IMG/VR virus record: IMGVR_UViG_3300010162_000011
Length of the DNA: 64,000 nt
Source of the DNA: a virus
Reading direction: 5' to 3' (one strand)
Shown: positions 36,402 to 46,106 of the stretch, one piece after another
Layout: every line of letters starts with the position of its first letter
Position numbering within the stretch: the first letter of the stretch is position 1
Notes under the pieces: model-generated
Told to the model about the DNA's origin: nothing
Seen by the model: only the letters and a program-made list of their open reading frames with translations
Database searches by the model: none
Translations under genes and position numbers: made by a program

Positions 36402-36992
36402 ATGTTGTACAAATTTTTCAAAAATAAGATGGAAACTTTAAGGAGTATATCATATGTAATGGTATTGTCTCTTTTGGTTATTTTTATGTCGGTTTTTTTG
36501 TCGTATCGTAAGATATATGCAAATGAACAGGCATTTATGGAAAGGGTTGATTCGATGCAGATATTGATGACCCATCTAAAAGATCAGACAGATTTGTTTG
36601 AGTCTATCTTTGATAGTATCAGTCATAGTGAACCACTTAATATGCGGTGGTATAACATGAAGTTGGCGATGGTAATGGTAGAAAGTGAGTTTAAGGATAA
36701 CGCTGTTAATCCTACTTCTGGGGCGGGTGGTCCTTTTCAACATCTTCCATTATCCAAAAACGGTTATGTTCGTGAGGCGAATAGATTACAGGATAGTATC
36801 TTTTTCACCGACATGGATAGGTTTGATTTTTTCAAGGCAACTAAGATTTTCGAGATTGTGAATAATCATTACAATCCACAGAAATGTATTGATGTTGCTA
36901 TTCACCGTCATAATCCAAGAGCAGGACAATGGTATCATGATAGGATTATGAGATGGTATAGATATTTTGAGGCAATAAGTTATCAAATGTAG
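36402..36992 (+). CDS. SLT-like lytic transglycosylase with N-terminal TM anchor
   Basis: MVES.F..NAVNP.SGA.G.FQ catalytic motif; hydrophobic N-terminus. Confidence 0.8.
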   Translation: MLYKFFKNKMETLRSISYVMVLSLLVIFMSVFLSYRKIYANEQAFMERVDSMQILMTHLKDQTDLFESIFDSISHSEPLNMRWYNMKLAMVMVESEFKDNAVNPTSGAGGPFQHLPLSKNGYVREANRLQDSIFFTDMDRFDFFKATKIFEIVNNHYNPQKCIDVAIHRHNPRAGQWYHDRIMRWYRYFEAISYQM

Positions 36993-37030
36993 AAAAAATG
37001 GGTTGTGTGATTTGCAACCCATTTTTTTTA
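36993..37030 (+). terminator. intrinsic (bidirectional-type) terminator
   Basis: AAAAAATGGGTTG/CAACCCATTTTTT. Confidence 0.75.
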
Positions 37031-37073
37031 TTTGTATATTTCGGTTAGTAATAATAATTTAAAAACTAAAATC

Positions 37074-37529
37074 ATGTATGTACACTGCGATAATTGTAAG
37101 TGGTCTCAGGACGACTTTTGGACAAACGAGGAATATAACCCGTTTGATTTTCTGACAAAATCATATAAGTATCAACTCATAGAGAGTGGTAATGCTAATA
37201 AGATTTTTAATATTGACGAATTTGATTCTTTTGGTAACTATATCGGACAAAAACCGATTACTACAAGAGAAATGATTGCCACACATTTTGAAATTTTTGC
37301 CAAACGAATCAGAGAACAACGATGGATTACATATGAAGAATATAAATCCGAAAATCCAGATGGAATTTGTCCTGTATGTAAAAACAAATTGACGTTTGTT
37401 CCATTAATTTCCGTAAAAACCGGTCTTTTTCCATATAGAATATATGAAGTATCAGCACCTGAACAACCATTTGATAATATGGATCCGGTTACTTATCGAA
37501 CAGAAACAATATCATCCGCAACCGCATGA
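37074..37529 (+). CDS. zinc-binding hypothetical protein
   Basis: HCDNC.WSQDDFW...CPVC; start moved to MYVHC. Confidence 0.75.
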   Translation: MYVHCDNCKWSQDDFWTNEEYNPFDFLTKSYKYQLIESGNANKIFNIDEFDSFGNYIGQKPITTREMIATHFEIFAKRIREQRWITYEEYKSENPDGICPVCKNKLTFVPLISVKTGLFPYRIYEVSAPEQPFDNMDPVTYRTETISSATA

Positions 37530-37783
37530 AAACAAGGGTAACATTCTCTGAAACTGTAATAATGCTAATATTATGTTTTGGATTCTCAATAATAGGAGCA
37601 AATCAATATATGACAGGAGCATACAAAGGAGAAATTTGGATACCTGCTGGTATACTAATTGGTTTTTTTCTATACATTTTGTTTGTAATCAATTACAGAC
37701 TTGATAAAAACCAAAGAGCGTTAGAACAAAAGTTGTGGGAGTTAGAGGAGTTAATCAAAAACCAAAACCAAAAAAAATCATGA
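37526..37783 (+). CDS. 2-TM membrane protein
   Basis: Hydrophobic segments plus coiled coil. Confidence 0.7.
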   Translation: MKTRVTFSETVIMLILCFGFSIIGANQYMTGAYKGEIWIPAGILIGFFLYILFVINYRLDKNQRALEQKLWELEELIKNQNQKKS

Positions 37784-38448
37784 ATTTATCGGAAATAGCA
37801 CGAAATTTCAAACCAAATAAAACTGCATTGGTTGTCACAAAATCATTCTCATTAGAAGATTTGGATTTCAAAAAATCAGCATTGAGTTTTTGGGGTAAAT
37901 ATGTTTATTCTGAAAAAAATTTCTTTGTTGATAAAAGTGTAATTCCTGAAGGTAGCATTCTTTTCATATTCATAAACAGTTATATTGAAGATGGAATGGC
38001 AAAATTTAATGGATACCAAGGTCGTTTCGCAACCACCATTAGACCTCAAAATGTAGAATACGGTTCATGGTATGTAAGTACAAATGAAGGAAAATTTGAT
38101 TACAAAAATGATTGGATAGTCCAAACTTGTATCTTAGCATATAATAACGGTTTTGCAGATATCAAAAAATTTTCCTCATTACCGGAAAAAGATATTAATA
38201 CCATTAAAAAAAATATTCTAATAAGTAGATTATATAATGCTTTAAGAAGTGAAAACGGTTTATTTCTAGATGATGCCTACGAAATTACCGATATTATAGA
38301 AAAAAATAATCGTGGAATAGTATTAAAAGGGTATGGAATAACAGAGGGTAAGAAAATGCCGGAACAGTTTATTAGATACGAAGATATTGAAAAATATAGG
38401 TTACTAACCTGTGACGGAGTTACTATAACCGGTTGTCCATTCAAATAA
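37780..38448 (+). CDS. hypothetical protein
   Basis: ORF track; start moved to MNLSEI. Confidence 0.75.
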   Translation: MNLSEIARNFKPNKTALVVTKSFSLEDLDFKKSALSFWGKYVYSEKNFFVDKSVIPEGSILFIFINSYIEDGMAKFNGYQGRFATTIRPQNVEYGSWYVSTNEGKFDYKNDWIVQTCILAYNNGFADIKKFSSLPEKDINTIKKNILISRLYNALRSENGLFLDDAYEITDIIEKNNRGIVLKGYGITEGKKMPEQFIRYEDIEKYRLLTCDGVTITGCPFK

Positions 38449-38454
38449 AAAAAA

Positions 38455-39369
38455 ATGAAAAATTTTATAAAAATGATAGTAGATAATGGCACTGAACCAA
38501 AACCAGTATTGACTTTGGGTGATAGAATGAAAGAGTATGAATATGAGTCCAGAATCATATTAAAATATAATACACATTATATTGTTAGGGTGGATGGCAG
38601 GAGTTTTCATACGTACACTCGTGGATTAAAAAAACCTTTTGACGAAGGTTTAATGAATGATATGGTAGAGACAACAAAGTATCTTTGCCAAAATATACCC
38701 TTGTGTAAATTCGGATACACCCAATCTGATGAAATATCTCTTGTACTTACGGATTACGACAATGAGGAGTGTGAACCATTCTTTGGTGGAAATTTACAAA
38801 AAATTGTTTCCATTGTTGCAAGTATGGCAACCGCAAAATTCAACCAACTACGCGGAGCAAGACTCCCACAAGAAATGAATGATCGTGGTACACAGTTTAT
38901 CAACACAAAAGATTATTTCGATAGAATGAAACTTGCTCATTTCGATACAAGAATATTCGTTCTTGACGACCCAGAAGAAGTTGTTAACTATTTCGTTTGG
39001 CGACAAAGGGATGCTATTAGAAATAGTATTGCGGGATTAGCACAATCATATTTCAGTCATAAAAAACTTGAAAATAAGAACACTGACGAAATGAAACAAA
39101 TGCTATTCCAAGACTTTGATGTTGATTGGAACGAAATCGAAATACCAAAACAAAGAGGAACCGGAATCACAAAACAATATCAACTATGGTATAGGGAAAG
39201 TGAAAACGTAAAAGACCCTGGTGAATTCAGACTTGTAGTTGGAAAAGGTTACGTATCAAATGCAATGCGAGAACAAGGATATTATGAACGAAAAGCATGG
39301 GTTGCTGACGAAAACATACCAATATTTGCAGATGATAGATATTATATTCTCAACCTTTTACCAAAATAA
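38455..39369 (+). CDS. thg1: tRNA(His) guanylyltransferase / Thg1-like 3'-5' polymerase
   Basis: GDRMK.YE, IVRVDGRSFH, YTQSDEISL, FD.R.F, YF.WRQ.DA.RNSI. Confidence 0.93.
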   Translation: MKNFIKMIVDNGTEPKPVLTLGDRMKEYEYESRIILKYNTHYIVRVDGRSFHTYTRGLKKPFDEGLMNDMVETTKYLCQNIPLCKFGYTQSDEISLVLTDYDNEECEPFFGGNLQKIVSIVASMATAKFNQLRGARLPQEMNDRGTQFINTKDYFDRMKLAHFDTRIFVLDDPEEVVNYFVWRQRDAIRNSIAGLAQSYFSHKKLENKNTDEMKQMLFQDFDVDWNEIEIPKQRGTGITKQYQLWYRESENVKDPGEFRLVVGKGYVSNAMREQGYYERKAWVADENIPIFADDRYYILNLLPK

Positions 39370-39560
39370 CACCAAAAGAAGAAGATATTGAAAACATAAA
39401 CAAAGAGTTGGAAAACTTAGAAGATTTATACAAACACCTAAAAGAGATGGGGTGGTTATATGATCAATTCTGTACAGTGTGTGGACAATATACAAGTAAC
39501 GATTTAGGGATTTGTAACAAACCAGGATGTCGAGGAATTTTCTAAAACATCTTTTTCTAT

Positions 39561-39848
39561 TTAAAGTTTCAGATAATCCAAAATAAGGTTATCCAACACA
39601 CCAATTGGAACTTCTGAATATTTATCAAATTCAGAATAATGTACCAATTGATTTTTTGTTATGATTAGTTCACCACCGTAATGATCAGAATATCTATCAC
39701 AGACATATAACCCTTCCTTCTGATTATTCAACTCATTACGATATTTCTTCCTAACAAGAAGATACACATCACACTCATCACCCTCATCTTCTCTACATAG
39801 ACATTTTGTAAAACTACCATCTGAACACGACAAAAGATTTAAAAACAT
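39561..39848 (-). CDS. hypothetical protein
   Basis: ORF track. Confidence 0.65.
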   Translation of the reverse strand: MFLNLLSCSDGSFTKCLCREDEGDECDVYLLVRKKYRNELNNQKEGLYVCDRYSDHYGGELIITKNQLVHYSEFDKYSEVPIGVLDNLILDYLKL

Positions 39849-39916
39849 TTCTTTAATTTTTTTTACGTTAATAAAAAGGGGTTACAAAATGCAACCCCAA
39901 GACACAACAAAAATTC

Positions 39917-40369
39917 TCAATCTACAAATTCCTCTTTCACCACGAAATCAGAATGTAATTTTTCTAACATTGAACGAGCATCCTCAATCGTATCGAAAAT
40001 TTCTTTTCCTTCTTCCACAAGAATCTCAGGAATCTCACCTATATTCTTATAAACAATCTTGAAACGCTCACGAGCATCACCATATGTCATCTTCACAATA
40101 CCATAAGGAAGATCAATCTCCTTTTCAGACTTCTTCTCAATGTAATCCTTGAAGGAAGCAATTAATCGAGGAAGAGATACAAATTTACTCCCAATAATTG
40201 CATCAGAAAGTGATATATCATCATCTTCTGAATTTTCGTCATTTATTTCCTTAAGAAAGTCTCGAAAATCCACCTTGAATTTACAACAATCTTCCTCACA
40301 TTTACTGTTCGCCAAAACACTAACCAATAAATCAATGTAATCATCGGCATTACCTATCTTTACTATCAT
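39917..40369 (-). CDS. hypothetical protein
   Basis: ORF track; TAAATTTG (Bacteroidota -7-like) at 40403-40410 upstream. Confidence 0.7.
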   Translation of the reverse strand: MIVKIGNADDYIDLLVSVLANSKCEEDCCKFKVDFRDFLKEINDENSEDDDISLSDAIIGSKFVSLPRLIASFKDYIEKKSEKEIDLPYGIVKMTYGDARERFKIVYKNIGEIPEILVEEGKEIFDTIEDARSMLEKLHSDFVVKEEFVD

Positions 40370-40418
40370 ATAAATAAAATTTTAAATATTATTACTTTAT
40401 ACCAAATTTACGTTTTTT

Positions 40419-41480
40419 TCAAAAGTCATTCAAATAATTGTTCACTCGTAGGTTGAGTTCCTTGTAATCCATTACATTCAATTCTTCTGTTGAGATTCTT
40501 AATGATTTTACTACCCCACTATCGAATAGTAACCCATCTTTATATTTCTTTGAGAGTTCATATAAAAAGTTCACCTGTTCATTTGTGAAGGTTTGGTTAT
40601 ATGTAATAACGGTGTCAAGTTTTATTTTTATAACTCTACTATCTTTTTCAACATTTTCACCATTGAAGAATCTTTTGTAGGCATCAGCAAGATTCACATG
40701 TGCTAATCGTGAAGAATCACCTATCATTCCGAAGTATATTCCGTTTGGTAATAACCATCCTGTATCATCGTCTTTGTTAATATTCTTTTTATCGGTAAAG
40801 TTCAGTATGAAATAATGATAAAACATATCCTTGATACGAGCAAAGTCATTAATACTATATTCGTCAATGCCTACAAATCCATTATTTACCAATTCTTTAA
40901 ACCAATCAATTTCTTTTTGTAGTTCAGAAATAACATGTAATTTTTTATCTAATGCTGGATTATATCCGGATGTCATTTTACGGAATTTGTAATATTCTTC
41001 TAATCTTCCTATCGTATTTAACAAGAGGGAGATTTTTCTATATATCCTATCACTTACTTCATCGAAGAAATCAACAATATTTCGTTCAGTTCGCTTTGAG
41101 TGTTTTACTTTATATTTATGCGCTTTGTAACCAGCTTCTTCGACTCTTGGTTGCATATCTTTCATATCGTAAACAAAATCACTTGAAGCAAAATATTTTA
41201 TATCTTCGTTTCTCATGTCTATTGAAACTTGTAGATTTTCCTTATATTTTGATTCATTATCTTCTCTAACGAATAGTTCGTCATTTTCAACCACGAATTT
41301 TATATCTCCCATAATAAGTTTTGATACTAATTCATCATCAATACCGGAACCTATCATGATAGTTTCTAAAAAAAGTTTTGCTTCATCGAAACCAGATTCG
41401 ATAAATTTCTCGAATACCATGTCTCTTAAAAGGTCTCCGAAATCTTCTCCTATACTAAAATTAACTGTTTTCTGGTTCAT
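40419..41480 (-). CDS. hypothetical protein
   Basis: Long ORF with TGWLLPNG.YF...H motif; start moved to MNQKT. Confidence 0.75.
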   Translation of the reverse strand: MNQKTVNFSIGEDFGDLLRDMVFEKFIESGFDEAKLFLETIMIGSGIDDELVSKLIMGDIKFVVENDELFVREDNESKYKENLQVSIDMRNEDIKYFASSDFVYDMKDMQPRVEEAGYKAHKYKVKHSKRTERNIVDFFDEVSDRIYRKISLLLNTIGRLEEYYKFRKMTSGYNPALDKKLHVISELQKEIDWFKELVNNGFVGIDEYSINDFARIKDMFYHYFILNFTDKKNINKDDDTGWLLPNGIYFGMIGDSSRLAHVNLADAYKRFFNGENVEKDSRVIKIKLDTVITYNQTFTNEQVNFLYELSKKYKDGLLFDSGVVKSLRISTEELNVMDYKELNLRVNNYLNDF

Positions 41481-41687
41481 CGTTTTAAGTTTTTGATGGT
41501 TTTGGCCAGACACCGTATCTTGCACGAAATATTTCCGGTGATAAGTACATTGAAATTAAATCTTCAAATGTATAATTCGGTATGTCGGATAAATCAATCA
41601 ACTTATCACCAACTTTTTTAAATCCCTTTTCCATTATATTAATCTTTATTAATTTAATGACAATAAAATTTCAATAATATTTTCTGA

Positions 41688-42065
41688 TCAGTACGTTTCC
41701 GGACGCCATGATATGACTTTGAAAACGTAGTCTGGGTCATCCATGTATCTATGTTCAACCACCCACTCGTATTTGTAGTTCAACCACCCAACACCTATAC
41801 CGATTTCGTCTAATTCGGTTTCTTCTCTTGTTAGATGGAATTTCACGAATACACTTACATTCTTTGTTGGTGATTTCTTATCAACCGGTAACCAGGTTTG
41901 AGCAAATTGAACACCAGATAGAAAATCTGTTTTTGCTTGTTCCCTGTTTCGCCCATACGCCAGATCCATTTCAATGGCGTATTCTTTTGCTACCCATTCC
42001 TTAGTCGAAATACTTCTCACTCTTTCAATAATTTGGTTGATATTATCTTGTTTTGTATCACCCAT
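41688..42065 (-). CDS. hypothetical protein
   Basis: A.EYA...F..G..FAQ.W.PV...VISWRP; stop overlaps motif A 41660-41689. Confidence 0.75.
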   Translation of the reverse strand: MGDTKQDNINQIIERVRSISTKEWVAKEYAIEMDLAYGRNREQAKTDFLSGVQFAQTWLPVDKKSPTKNVSVFVKFHLTREETELDEIGIGVGWLNYKYEWVVEHRYMDDPDYVFKVISWRPETY

Positions 42066-42291
42066 TTTCGTATTCCTCCAACATTTCTAAAACAATTTCT
42101 CTATTTGAGATGAATTCATCAATCCCAATGCTCGAATTTGAAATACTTCTCAACGCTTCGATAAGTTTATCAACTTCCGGTTGTCTTGCATCCCAACCGC
42201 TTATGAAGGCAAGTTCTCTGACTATTTTATCAATACATCCGGTAGAATTTCTTTCAGCGTATTCACTTGCTAATTTTTCTTTATTTCCCAT
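42058..42291 (-). CDS. hypothetical protein (similar to 605-787)
   Basis: KEKLASEYA...AFISGWDARQPEVD; start moved to MGNKE. Confidence 0.7.
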   Translation of the reverse strand: MGNKEKLASEYAERNSTGCIDKIVRELAFISGWDARQPEVDKLIEALRSISNSSIGIDEFISNREIVLEMLEEYENG

Positions 42292-42295
42292 TTTA

Positions 42296-42577
42296 TCAAA
42301 GTATTGAGTTATTTGAATACCATTTCTCATCCAATGTTATACCATTTTTAATTGCATTTAGTATTACCCAAATTGGGCAATAACATGGGGTACCATTTTC
42401 TTGAAGATGTTCTGGCATAATACCAATCCCATCTCCTGGAAAGTCGTTTACGGTAAAAATATCTGGAAACACAGGGGAATGTCGTCTGACAAGTTCTACA
42501 ACTTGTTCTAATTCAGCATCCGCTTTGAGTTTATGATTATAATACCTCTTCAAATGTTTTTCAATTTCCTTAACCAT
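42296..42577 (-). CDS. hypothetical protein (probably leaderless)
   Basis: ATG 6 nt after the -10-like box of motif A 42582-42611. Confidence 0.7.
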   Translation of the reverse strand: MVKEIEKHLKRYYNHKLKADAELEQVVELVRRHSPVFPDIFTVNDFPGDGIGIMPEHLQENGTPCYCPIWVILNAIKNGITLDEKWYSNNSIL

Positions 42578-42614
42578 ATCACAAATAAAATTTAAATAAT
42601 ATTTTCTGATCATT

Positions 42615-43703
42615 CTACTCAATATTCAACTTATCTTTTACAATATCATTTGTAATATTAACATGTTCTTGTCCTGTTTTAGGTATCTCGAACATGTATG
42701 TTTGCAGGATTCTTTCGAGAGTTGCTCTAAGACTTCTTGCTCCAGATTTATTTTTTATGGAATAATCGGCGATTGTTTCCAGTGCTTCTGGTTCGAATGT
42801 AAGTTGGCAGTTATCTATTCTGAACAGTTCTTGATATTGTTTTATGATACTGTTTTTTGGTTCCGTAAGAATACGTTTCAGTGTATCTTTGCATAGAATA
42901 TCGGTTGAGGTTACAACTGGCATTCTTCCTATAAATTCCCTGATAAGACCATAGGATCTAATATCATCTTGTGTAACATATGTAAACACTTTATCAGCGT
43001 CATAGGATTTTTTACCTTTATCTTCGTTGTATCCTATTTTACGGATATTCAATCTTTTTTCGATTATTTTTTCCAGACCTTCAAATGCACCCATACATAT
43101 AAATAATATGTTAGTAGTGTCGAAATCTATGGTTGGTTTTTCCGGATGTTTTCGTTTTTCACCTGGTTGTATTTTTGCTACTGTACCTTCCATAATTCTC
43201 AACAACTCATATTGAACGTCTATTCCACTAACATCTCTGGTTACGGATATGTTTTCTTCTTTGTTGGTTATTTTATCTATTTCGTCAATGATTAATATTC
43301 CTTGTTGTGCTTTTGGGATATTTCCATCTGCTGAAGAATACAATCCTGATAGGAGTGTATCAACATCTGATCCAACATATCCGGATGCTGTTAGTGTAGA
43401 AGCATCGCCGATATAATAGGGAACGTTCAAACATTTACATATTGTTTTGGCAATATACGTTTTTCCGGAACCTGTACCACCCATAAGAAGTACATTTGAT
43501 TTATCTATTTGTACTTCTTGGTCGTCGTGTGTAATTCGTTTATAGTGATTATAAACCGCTGTTGATAATACTTGAATCGCATTCTCATTTCCAACAACAT
43601 ATTCACTTACTTTTTCTGCAAGAATATGTGGTTTAATGAGATTTAGATTTGGTAAAAGGTTTTCAGCAACCTTTCCTTCAACACTGAAACCTGAAACTAT
43701 CAT
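42615..43703 (-). CDS. clpX: ClpX-like AAA+ unfoldase lacking the N-terminal Zn-binding domain
   Basis: KSNVLLMGGTGSGKT, GYVG pore loop, IDEIDKI, RDVSG.DVQ, RKHP, IGY loop, GARSLR. Confidence 0.92.
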   Translation of the reverse strand: MIVSGFSVEGKVAENLLPNLNLIKPHILAEKVSEYVVGNENAIQVLSTAVYNHYKRITHDDQEVQIDKSNVLLMGGTGSGKTYIAKTICKCLNVPYYIGDASTLTASGYVGSDVDTLLSGLYSSADGNIPKAQQGILIIDEIDKITNKEENISVTRDVSGIDVQYELLRIMEGTVAKIQPGEKRKHPEKPTIDFDTTNILFICMGAFEGLEKIIEKRLNIRKIGYNEDKGKKSYDADKVFTYVTQDDIRSYGLIREFIGRMPVVTSTDILCKDTLKRILTEPKNSIIKQYQELFRIDNCQLTFEPEALETIADYSIKNKSGARSLRATLERILQTYMFEIPKTGQEHVNITNDIVKDKLNIE

Positions 43704-43846
43704 GATGTCATCCTATTTTTTTGTCGCTGAAGATACCCAACAAACGCACTGATTAATAAAATCATTACTATAAAAACTGTCACTTCTTCCATTTTATTTA
43801 AATTAATTCTTTATAAAGATACATCTATTTATAGAGAAAGAAAAGT

Positions 43847-44158
43847 ATGAGAATTTTCAGAATCATATTATTAGCATTATTATTACTATTACTATTCACT
43901 TATTGTAGTGTTCCTACGGTATTCTTTTACAGTAATACAATGTATCCGATTGAGAAGTTGGATAGTTTGGGTATTGCGAATAAGATACAAATAAAAGATA
44001 CATTATATTGGGAACGTTCTTATTATAGAACAGACGAAGGTTCATATTCAACTTATTTTTGGAGCACAACAGAATCTAAAACAAATTATATAATGAGTAT
44101 TGGTAAATTACAAAACGATAGTATTTGGGAGTTACGATTTAGAAAGGAAGGAAGATGA
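43847..44158 (+). CDS. secreted/lipoprotein-like protein
   Basis: Hydrophobic signal ending FTYC. Confidence 0.65.
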   Translation: MRIFRIILLALLLLLLFTYCSVPTVFFYSNTMYPIEKLDSLGIANKIQIKDTLYWERSYYRTDEGSYSTYFWSTTESKTNYIMSIGKLQNDSIWELRFRKEGR

Positions 44159-44766
44159 AGAATTTTGGATATATAAAAAGTGCGTTTGACGTATCAGATA
44201 AGATTGCTAATCCTGTTGTGCAGTCTGTACTACCTAAAAAATATGATTTGAGTAAAGAATTACCCGGAATACGTGATCAAGGAAACATTCCAAAATGTGT
44301 ATCATGTTCCGTAACAGATATGCTTTTTTGGAGATTACATTCGGAGAATAGGGTATTAACATCCAAAGATGATTTTATTTTCAACAAAAGGGAAGATAAA
44401 AATATGGAAGGTATGACACCAAAAGAAGCATTTGAAATTGCTAAAAAGATAGGTGTATCCGCTTCTGGTGGAAATTTCAATTTGAAATTGTTTGCGAGAG
44501 TTGGTTCCGCTGACATAGCAAAAAAATCAATATTTGTTTATGGTCCTGTTTTAGTTGCGTTACCATGTTATGACGAAAAATCAAATGAATTTTGGGTAAA
44601 ATCTGGTAAATTAAATGGTGGACATGCTGTTACATTAGTAGGATGGGATATTAAGGGGTTTATTTTACGAAATTCATGGGGTAGATCTTATGGAAATGGT
44701 GGTTATTTTCCACTACCTTTTGAGAGTTTCAATCAGTGTTTGGAGAGTTGGGTGCTGATTTCATGA
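44155..44766 (+). CDS. papain-like (C1) cysteine peptidase
   Basis: DQG..PKC, GGHAV.LVGWD, RNSWG..YG..GY. Confidence 0.9.
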   Translation: MKNFGYIKSAFDVSDKIANPVVQSVLPKKYDLSKELPGIRDQGNIPKCVSCSVTDMLFWRLHSENRVLTSKDDFIFNKREDKNMEGMTPKEAFEIAKKIGVSASGGNFNLKLFARVGSADIAKKSIFVYGPVLVALPCYDEKSNEFWVKSGKLNGGHAVTLVGWDIKGFILRNSWGRSYGNGGYFPLPFESFNQCLESWVLIS

Positions 44767-44852
44767 AAAAAACCACCCAAAAGAGCGGTTTTTTTTTCGT
44801 TTTTTAGAAACCTCGCTATTTATATTTAACGAAGGTTAGAGGTAGGTCATTT

Positions 44853-45635
44853 TCACTCCCACACATTCAATATTTTTCCGATTACAGGATTTCTAACAAT
44901 TTCATCGTTTCCAAATTCGATTATACCGACTTCTTCCACGTCTTTTAGTTTTTTCATTGCGTATTTTACACCTATTAAGTCTTTATTTTTCTTAATTTTA
45001 TCATTATCGCATTGTTCGGTATCTGACATGAATATATATTTACTATTATTTCCAATGCGAGTTAGAATAGTCTTTATTGCTGATATTGAATAGTTTTGTG
45101 CTTCGTCTATTATTAGGATCATGTTATCGAATGTTGCTCCTCTTAAAAACGAAATGTGGTTATAGGTAATATAATCACATTTTCTAAGTATTTCGAGTAT
45201 TTCTTTCGCCGGTTTTCTGTTGCTTGAAAGCGACAATACTTTTTTAATGTTATACCACGTTGATTCTAAGAATGGTGCGACTTTATCTGATACGTCACCT
45301 CGAAGGTATCCCAGTTCCATTTCGCTTTGGATTGTTTGTGGTAGGAGTAGGATTTGACGATATGGGTTATCGTCTTTTTTAAGTAAGTCCAGTGCTGCTG
45401 ATAGCGCACAGAACGACTTTCCACTTCCGGCAGACCCATGACAAAAAATAATCTCCTTTTCCTGTATCATCCGATAAAACTGTTTTTGTTTTTCATTTTT
45501 TGCTTTGAAGTTGATCTTGTAATCAAGTGCTTCATAGCAATGTTTTTTTTCGGTAAAGGTTGGTGAGATTAGGTCTTTCAAATCCTCTTCGATTTCTGGA
45601 GTCAACCACTTTTTTGATTTTTTTCCTATTGGCAT
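44853..45635 (-). CDS. phoH: PhoH-like ATPase
   Basis: GSAGSGKS, LGYL.GD..DK..P, FLRGATF, IIDEAQN, LTRIG, IVRNP. Confidence 0.92.
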   Translation of the reverse strand: MPIGKKSKKWLTPEIEEDLKDLISPTFTEKKHCYEALDYKINFKAKNEKQKQFYRMIQEKEIIFCHGSAGSGKSFCALSAALDLLKKDDNPYRQILLLPQTIQSEMELGYLRGDVSDKVAPFLESTWYNIKKVLSLSSNRKPAKEILEILRKCDYITYNHISFLRGATFDNMILIIDEAQNYSISAIKTILTRIGNNSKYIFMSDTEQCDNDKIKKNKDLIGVKYAMKKLKDVEEVGIIEFGNDEIVRNPVIGKILNVWE

Positions 45636-45787
45636 AATCTATAAGTTATTATATGTTATTATGTTAATATAAAAAATACACGTATTTTTATATTACCTAT
45701 AAATAGATCGTAGACCTGGTTTTTGACTTGGAATGACTTAGTATTTTATTTTCAACTATAAGATTTTTAGAATGTTAGTATTAATGT

Positions 45788-45817
45788 GATCAGAATATTT
45801 TTTAAATATTATATTGA
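45788..45817 (+). promoter_or_regulatory. motif A promoter, plus orientation (another at ~46062-46091)
   Basis: GATCAGAATATTTTTTAAATATTATATTGA upstream of ORF 45847. Confidence 0.7.
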
Positions 45818-45846
45818 GGGTAAAAATAAGTAAAAAAATTAATAAA

Positions 45847-46074
45847 ATGAGTATGTATTTGTTATTTGGTGTAGTTGGTGTCTTAATATTTTTGTATTTC
45901 ATGTTTCTCTATATTGAGAAGAGGGATTTCAACTCTGGTGATTGTCGTAAGTGTGGTACAAAAATGTACAATTTTGACACTGATAGTCAGGGCGCGAGAG
46001 GATATACTTGCCCTAAGTGTGGTTATTATACGTGGGTTTCACACAGTTCGGTTGAACGACTGATCAGAAAATAG
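45847..46074 (+). CDS. TM-anchored zinc-ribbon protein
   Basis: TM then CRKC...FDTDSQG.RGY.CPKC. Confidence 0.75.
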   Translation: MSMYLLFGVVGVLIFLYFMFLYIEKRDFNSGDCRKCGTKMYNFDTDSQGARGYTCPKCGYYTWVSHSSVERLIRK

Positions 46075-46106
46075 TGGTAATTTTATATTGTTATTTATAG
46101 TAAAAA

